Shown piece by piece: positions 36,937-40,511 of a stretch of DNA of 40,511 nucleotides. Below the pieces are notes generated by a model. The model was given only the letters and a program-made list of their open reading frames with translations, did no database searches and was not told the DNA's origin. The DNA is from an uncultured Candidatus Sumerlaeota bacterium (GTDB taxonomy: Bacteria > CAYMEV01), in assembly GCA_964389675.1 (NCBI GenBank), contig CAYMEV010000013.1:62001-102511 (forward strand), given 5' to 3'. Positions within the stretch are counted from its first letter, which is position 1. Every line of letters begins with the position of its first letter. The translations under genes were made by a program, and so were the position numbers.

Positions 36937-37476
36937 TTAGCTCAGCAGCTTTTTTTCCAGTTCTTCAATGTCTATCTGCTTGAGTATGAGAAGGGCTTTA
37001 TTTACAGCATCCTTATATGTGCTGTCCAGTTTTGATTTTACTTCAGGCGGAAGGAAAATCTTGGTTCTTTCCAGAAGTGCCAGGTAATGGTTTATCATAT
37101 CAGTGTCAAAGGATAGCGACTCAAGAAGGGAAAGCTCTTTTCCTCCAAGAATATTCTTGGATATTATCCCTGTAAGGTATGCATCATCAAGGTACCCGAA
37201 AAATCCGTATTTATCTTTTGGAAGAAGGTCATTGGGTTCAAGCAGGTAGCTTACAAGAAACCCATAGATCAGTTTTTCCTCGGCTTTCAGCATATTCTTA
37301 AGCTGAAGTGTGTTAAGCACCTTTATTATAAGGGGCATACCCAGGATGAAATCCCTGATTGCAGTGATTGATGATTCATTCAGGAGATTAGGATGGTTTT
37401 CTTTCAAAAATTTTTCAATCTGCTCCTTTTCATTTTGAAATTCCAGCTCCAGTTGATTATAAAAAGCTTCTAACAT
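36937..37476 (-). CDS. DUF1232 (YkvA) family protein
   Basis: YLLEPNDLLPKDKYGFFGYLDDAYL. ATG 37476 preferred because AGGAGG is 10 nt upstream of it but only 1 nt from TTG 37485. Confidence 0.75.
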   Translation of the reverse strand: MLEAFYNQLELEFQNEKEQIEKFLKENHPNLLNESSITAIRDFILGMPLIIKVLNTLQLKNMLKAEEKLIYGFLVSYLLEPNDLLPKDKYGFFGYLDDAYLTGIISKNILGGKELSLLESLSFDTDMINHYLALLERTKIFLPPEVKSKLDSTYKDAVNKALLILKQIDIEELEKKLLS

Positions 37477-37507
37477 GATACTCAAACCTCCTTCTTATTT
37501 GTTAAGG

Positions 37508-37536
37508 ATTTTAAAATCTGTTTTTTCTCTTGTCAA
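37508..37536 (-). promoter_or_regulatory. Sigma70-type promoter for the DUF1232 gene
   Basis: Minus strand TTGACA-N17-TAAAAT; palindrome GATTTTAAAATC (37507-37518) covers the -10. Confidence 0.65.
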
Positions 37537-37569
37537 CATAAATGATAGACCTGATTATCATGGAATATA

Positions 37570-40428
37570 TTAAAGGCACAGCCTCCGATAAGGACAGTAA
37601 TTGCAATTACCTGAGGATGTCATGTCCTGGCAAAACGGGACAGCCTGGTCGTTCATCTCCTTAATTATGGCCTTTATTACCGGAAGATAATGATCATATA
37701 TGAGGCTCCTTGAATTAGTGAGTTCATTTTTATTTCCCTTTGAATACAGTTCCTTGATGCCGGTCTGAATAATCCCTTTGCTGAGGCTTTCAAAATTTCT
37801 GAAGGATATATAGAAGGCATCGCAAGGAAATTTATCAAAAAGGAACATATATACTGGAAGCTGTAATGAGTTAAAACTGTTTTTTATTTCAGACCGGGAC
37901 TTCAGGCCATCAAAGCTTGTATTGACTGGCCACTTATAATTTTTAAAAAAGGATTTGCCTGTCTTATAGTCAAAGATACACCAAAAATTGCTGAACTTAT
38001 CAATCCTGTCAATTTTCCCCGAAACCTTAAAATTGTGATGGTCAATGCTCAATATTTTTTGAAAATGCTCTTCGATGTGAATAATCTCTGCATTGCTATT
38101 TTCAAGATAATCAATGCTTGTTTTGATGAAATTTTTCAGGTAGTTTCGGAAGGCCGCCCGAAACAGGAACAATGAGCTGACCTGTTTGTTCTTAAAGGAC
38201 TGATCAAGCAGATATTCGAAATGTTCATTTATATCATTAAAAAAATTAGTCAAATCAAAATTTACATTTGCATCCTTAATTATTCTATATTGCTTAAATG
38301 CGTATTCAAGTACTTTATGCACAAGCCTTCCGATTTCAATATGGTTGATCTCTCCTATCTCTGTATCTTCTGATTCTATATTCAGTATATATCTGAAATA
38401 GAATCTTAAAGGGCAGTTGAGATATGTATCAATTTTTGTAGCTGTATATTCCAGATTCCCTAATATATCAATGACCTCATCTGATTTAGATATGGTTATC
38501 TCATTAATTAGCCTGGGGTTTATATAGAGTGATATATTTTTTATTTCAGGAGGCTTTTCTTTTTTTATCTGGAAATTCCATAGGATTTCTTCCATGAACC
38601 TGCTTCTTTCCCTGTCCATTGAATTATTGTATATAAGTGAAGCATTCTTTGAGCTTTTTATAAGCCTGTTGACATGATACCTGTATATCTGATTCTTTCT
38701 CTGCCTGTGGCTTATTTTAAGCATTTCACGAAGCCTGTTTGGAATAAGGGGTTCTGACTGTCTGAATTTGGGAAGGCTTCCTTCATTAAAATCAAGTATA
38801 TAAGTATTATCAAAACTCAGGCAACGGGTCTCCAGTATTCCCAGTATCTGCATTTCGGCAAGGGGGGCTCCTGTCAATGAAATATATGAATCCGAAAGCA
38901 TCTTGATCAGCAGGCTGACCATATCACTGCTTTCAAGACCTCTGCCTTCCATGCTGATCAGATGCATTTCAGCAAGGGAGCTGACAAGGGTATCAATACT
39001 CTCTTTTCCGAAACTAAGTTCCTGGATATTGCCTTTTTCGCTTATCAGGGAGATGATCCTGTATAGCTGTCTGGAAAAATCCTGAAAGGTTAGAAGGCTG
39101 TCAAAGCCCTCTATAAAAAGCCTGTGGAATTCAGATAGAAGCTTTATGATCTTTTGTTTTGAATCAGGAGTGGCCTCAGCTTTGGTGGAATTATCACTGC
39201 GGATCTGTTCAATAAGATTACCGGGACAGATATTCAGTATCTCATTATCCATAATAAATGTAATGATTTGTGGAATAAAAGTATTTATTGGCAAATCCTC
39301 ATCAATGCCATCAAGACTTAAAAATCGGATAATGCCGTCCTGGATAAGTTCTAAATAATCGCTGTGCAGATAGTATTTTATATTTTCAGAAGTTTTCGCA
39401 TTTTTTTGCAGATTCAGGATCTTAAGGACAGTTTTGTATAATGGAGTGAGAGTAACCGGGTATCCCAGGGATATATTGAATTTTTTTTCAAGGTCCGGAA
39501 CAATGTCATAAAGAACTGGTATAAGCGAGGAAGCTTCCGGAAGCACAATGCAAATATCATCCGAGTCATTGTTTTTTTTCAGGGCATTTTTCAGCCCTAA
39601 TACCTGCGAATGGGTGTCAAATCCCTCAATGATACTTATTTCAGGAGCTGAGATTATTTCAGGTTTTTGAAATATCGGATCTTTGCCTGAAATTTTGATC
39701 ATTCTTTCTATCGGCCTGCTCAACCTGTCTTTTTCATCCTGTAATAAGAGGATGAATCTGTCTTCTATTCTTTTTGATAAATTTTTAATGACAGCTATCT
39801 CAGATTCTGTGGGGTCAAAAAAACCCGCAAAAATGACCTTATGATACCTTTCAAAATCTGAATAAGAGAAAGATTCAGCAGAGCTGTACATAGTGCCTGT
39901 TGTTGTCAGCTTTTTATCTTCAAGGGCCTTTTTATAGAGACTGAAAAGCTCCGGCAGGTTCTCCCCGATCCCTTTTTCATCATATGTGCTGGTGTAAAAG
40001 CTGTTGAATTTATCCTTTATGTTCTGGTCTTGTATTCCTTCAGAAAGAAGCTCTTCGAAGAACTTATATATTTCAATTCCCCATTCATAAAAGGTGTTAA
40101 GGTTCATTTCCCGGAACTCATCAATGTTCATTCTGTTCTTTATGAGGCTGTAGATAATTATTACGGCTTCAAAGGAACTGATCTCACGTTTATGAGTATC
40201 CACTGCCCTGCTTAAATGCCTGAAAAAATTGTCTATTGAAAAGATCGCAGGCGGGACCAGTGTAGCTTTAGCCTTTTCAGAGAGTTTCTTCAAAAGATGC
40301 AGCCCTGGCTTTTTATTGGGGAAGACTATAATGTAATCTGAAAGGTCCGAATTACCGCCTGCATCATTCATTATCATGCAAGCCAAAAATTCTATCATAT
40401 CATCTGAAAAAGGCAGTATGTGAATCAC
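37570..40428 (-). CDS. addB: AddB-like inactive helicase / PD-(D/E)XK nuclease with Fe-S staple
   Basis: IVFPNKK, GILETRCLSFD, NEGSLP, YLNCPLRFY, SGKIDRID, FDYKTG, QLPVY, terminal CNYCPYRRLC. Confidence 0.8.
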   Translation of the reverse strand: MIHILPFSDDMIEFLACMIMNDAGGNSDLSDYIIVFPNKKPGLHLLKKLSEKAKATLVPPAIFSIDNFFRHLSRAVDTHKREISSFEAVIIIYSLIKNRMNIDEFREMNLNTFYEWGIEIYKFFEELLSEGIQDQNIKDKFNSFYTSTYDEKGIGENLPELFSLYKKALEDKKLTTTGTMYSSAESFSYSDFERYHKVIFAGFFDPTESEIAVIKNLSKRIEDRFILLLQDEKDRLSRPIERMIKISGKDPIFQKPEIISAPEISIIEGFDTHSQVLGLKNALKKNNDSDDICIVLPEASSLIPVLYDIVPDLEKKFNISLGYPVTLTPLYKTVLKILNLQKNAKTSENIKYYLHSDYLELIQDGIIRFLSLDGIDEDLPINTFIPQIITFIMDNEILNICPGNLIEQIRSDNSTKAEATPDSKQKIIKLLSEFHRLFIEGFDSLLTFQDFSRQLYRIISLISEKGNIQELSFGKESIDTLVSSLAEMHLISMEGRGLESSDMVSLLIKMLSDSYISLTGAPLAEMQILGILETRCLSFDNTYILDFNEGSLPKFRQSEPLIPNRLREMLKISHRQRKNQIYRYHVNRLIKSSKNASLIYNNSMDRERSRFMEEILWNFQIKKEKPPEIKNISLYINPRLINEITISKSDEVIDILGNLEYTATKIDTYLNCPLRFYFRYILNIESEDTEIGEINHIEIGRLVHKVLEYAFKQYRIIKDANVNFDLTNFFNDINEHFEYLLDQSFKNKQVSSLFLFRAAFRNYLKNFIKTSIDYLENSNAEIIHIEEHFQKILSIDHHNFKVSGKIDRIDKFSNFWCIFDYKTGKSFFKNYKWPVNTSFDGLKSRSEIKNSFNSLQLPVYMFLFDKFPCDAFYISFRNFESLSKGIIQTGIKELYSKGNKNELTNSRSLIYDHYLPVIKAIIKEMNDQAVPFCQDMTSSGNCNYCPYRRLCL

Positions 40429-40511
40429 AGGCGATACTCCTTTATCCGGCAGTCAGAGACAGATACCAAAAAAGCTGTGATATCAAAGCCACTTAAAAAG
40501 CCTCTCAGTTT
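40425..40511 (-). CDS. C-terminal 28 aa of an upstream gene, probably AddA/UvrD-like
   Basis: Open frame KLRGFLSGFDITAFLVSVSDCRIKEYRL* whose TGA overlaps the addB GTG (GTGA). Identity inferred only from context. Confidence 0.45.
   Translation of the reverse strand, partial: KLRGFLSGFDITAFLVSVSDCRIKEYRL

Noticed and set aside
585-40215. Numerous short antisense or off-frame ORFs in the track (e.g. 877-1260, 8811-9347, 15797-16411, 28425-28976)
   Set aside because: They overlap well-supported genes and show no recognisable motifs or SD sites.
37570-40428. PD-(D/E)XK Fe-S nuclease as Cas4 or a defence nuclease
   Set aside because: The 952-aa length and degenerate helicase N-terminus fit housekeeping AddB; no CRISPR repeats or cas genes were seen.
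1-40511. tRNA/rRNA genes, CRISPR arrays, IS elements, prophage
   Set aside because: Intergenic gaps are short (at most about 265 bp) and AT-rich; no cloverleaf, spaced direct repeats, transposase or integrase motifs were seen.

Overview
A gene-dense, AT-rich chromosomal window from a diderm bacterium (LptD, Omp85, Tat, RmlABD); the lineage cannot be assigned from sequence alone. I found no rRNA, tRNA, CRISPR array, IS element or prophage. Left to right: a truncated transglutaminase-like lipoprotein; a GNAT-cheB pair divergent from a stand-alone receiver protein split by an ~85-aa insertion; an operon of B12-radical SAM, O-antigen-ligase-like, GT-C-like and membrane protein genes; pyrF-BMP-like-HD-rlmI; crp-lptD-rmlABD-tatBC-PH-domain-CPBP; a POTRA-less Omp85; a 4-gene ABC exporter; PreP peptidase-GNAT-HprK-like protein with no P-loop; NCS2 permease; baeRF3 (aeRF1-like); PrsW; a YbdG-type MscS channel; a TylF-like methyltransferase; Spy/CpxP; DUF1232; and an AddB-like nuclease. 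The best novelty candidates are the split receiver with its orphan GNAT-CheB neighbours, the radical-SAM/ligase/GT-C envelope-modification operon, the HprK-like pseudokinase, and a probable ATT start codon coupled to tatC. All family calls come from motif recognition by eye, not from database searches.
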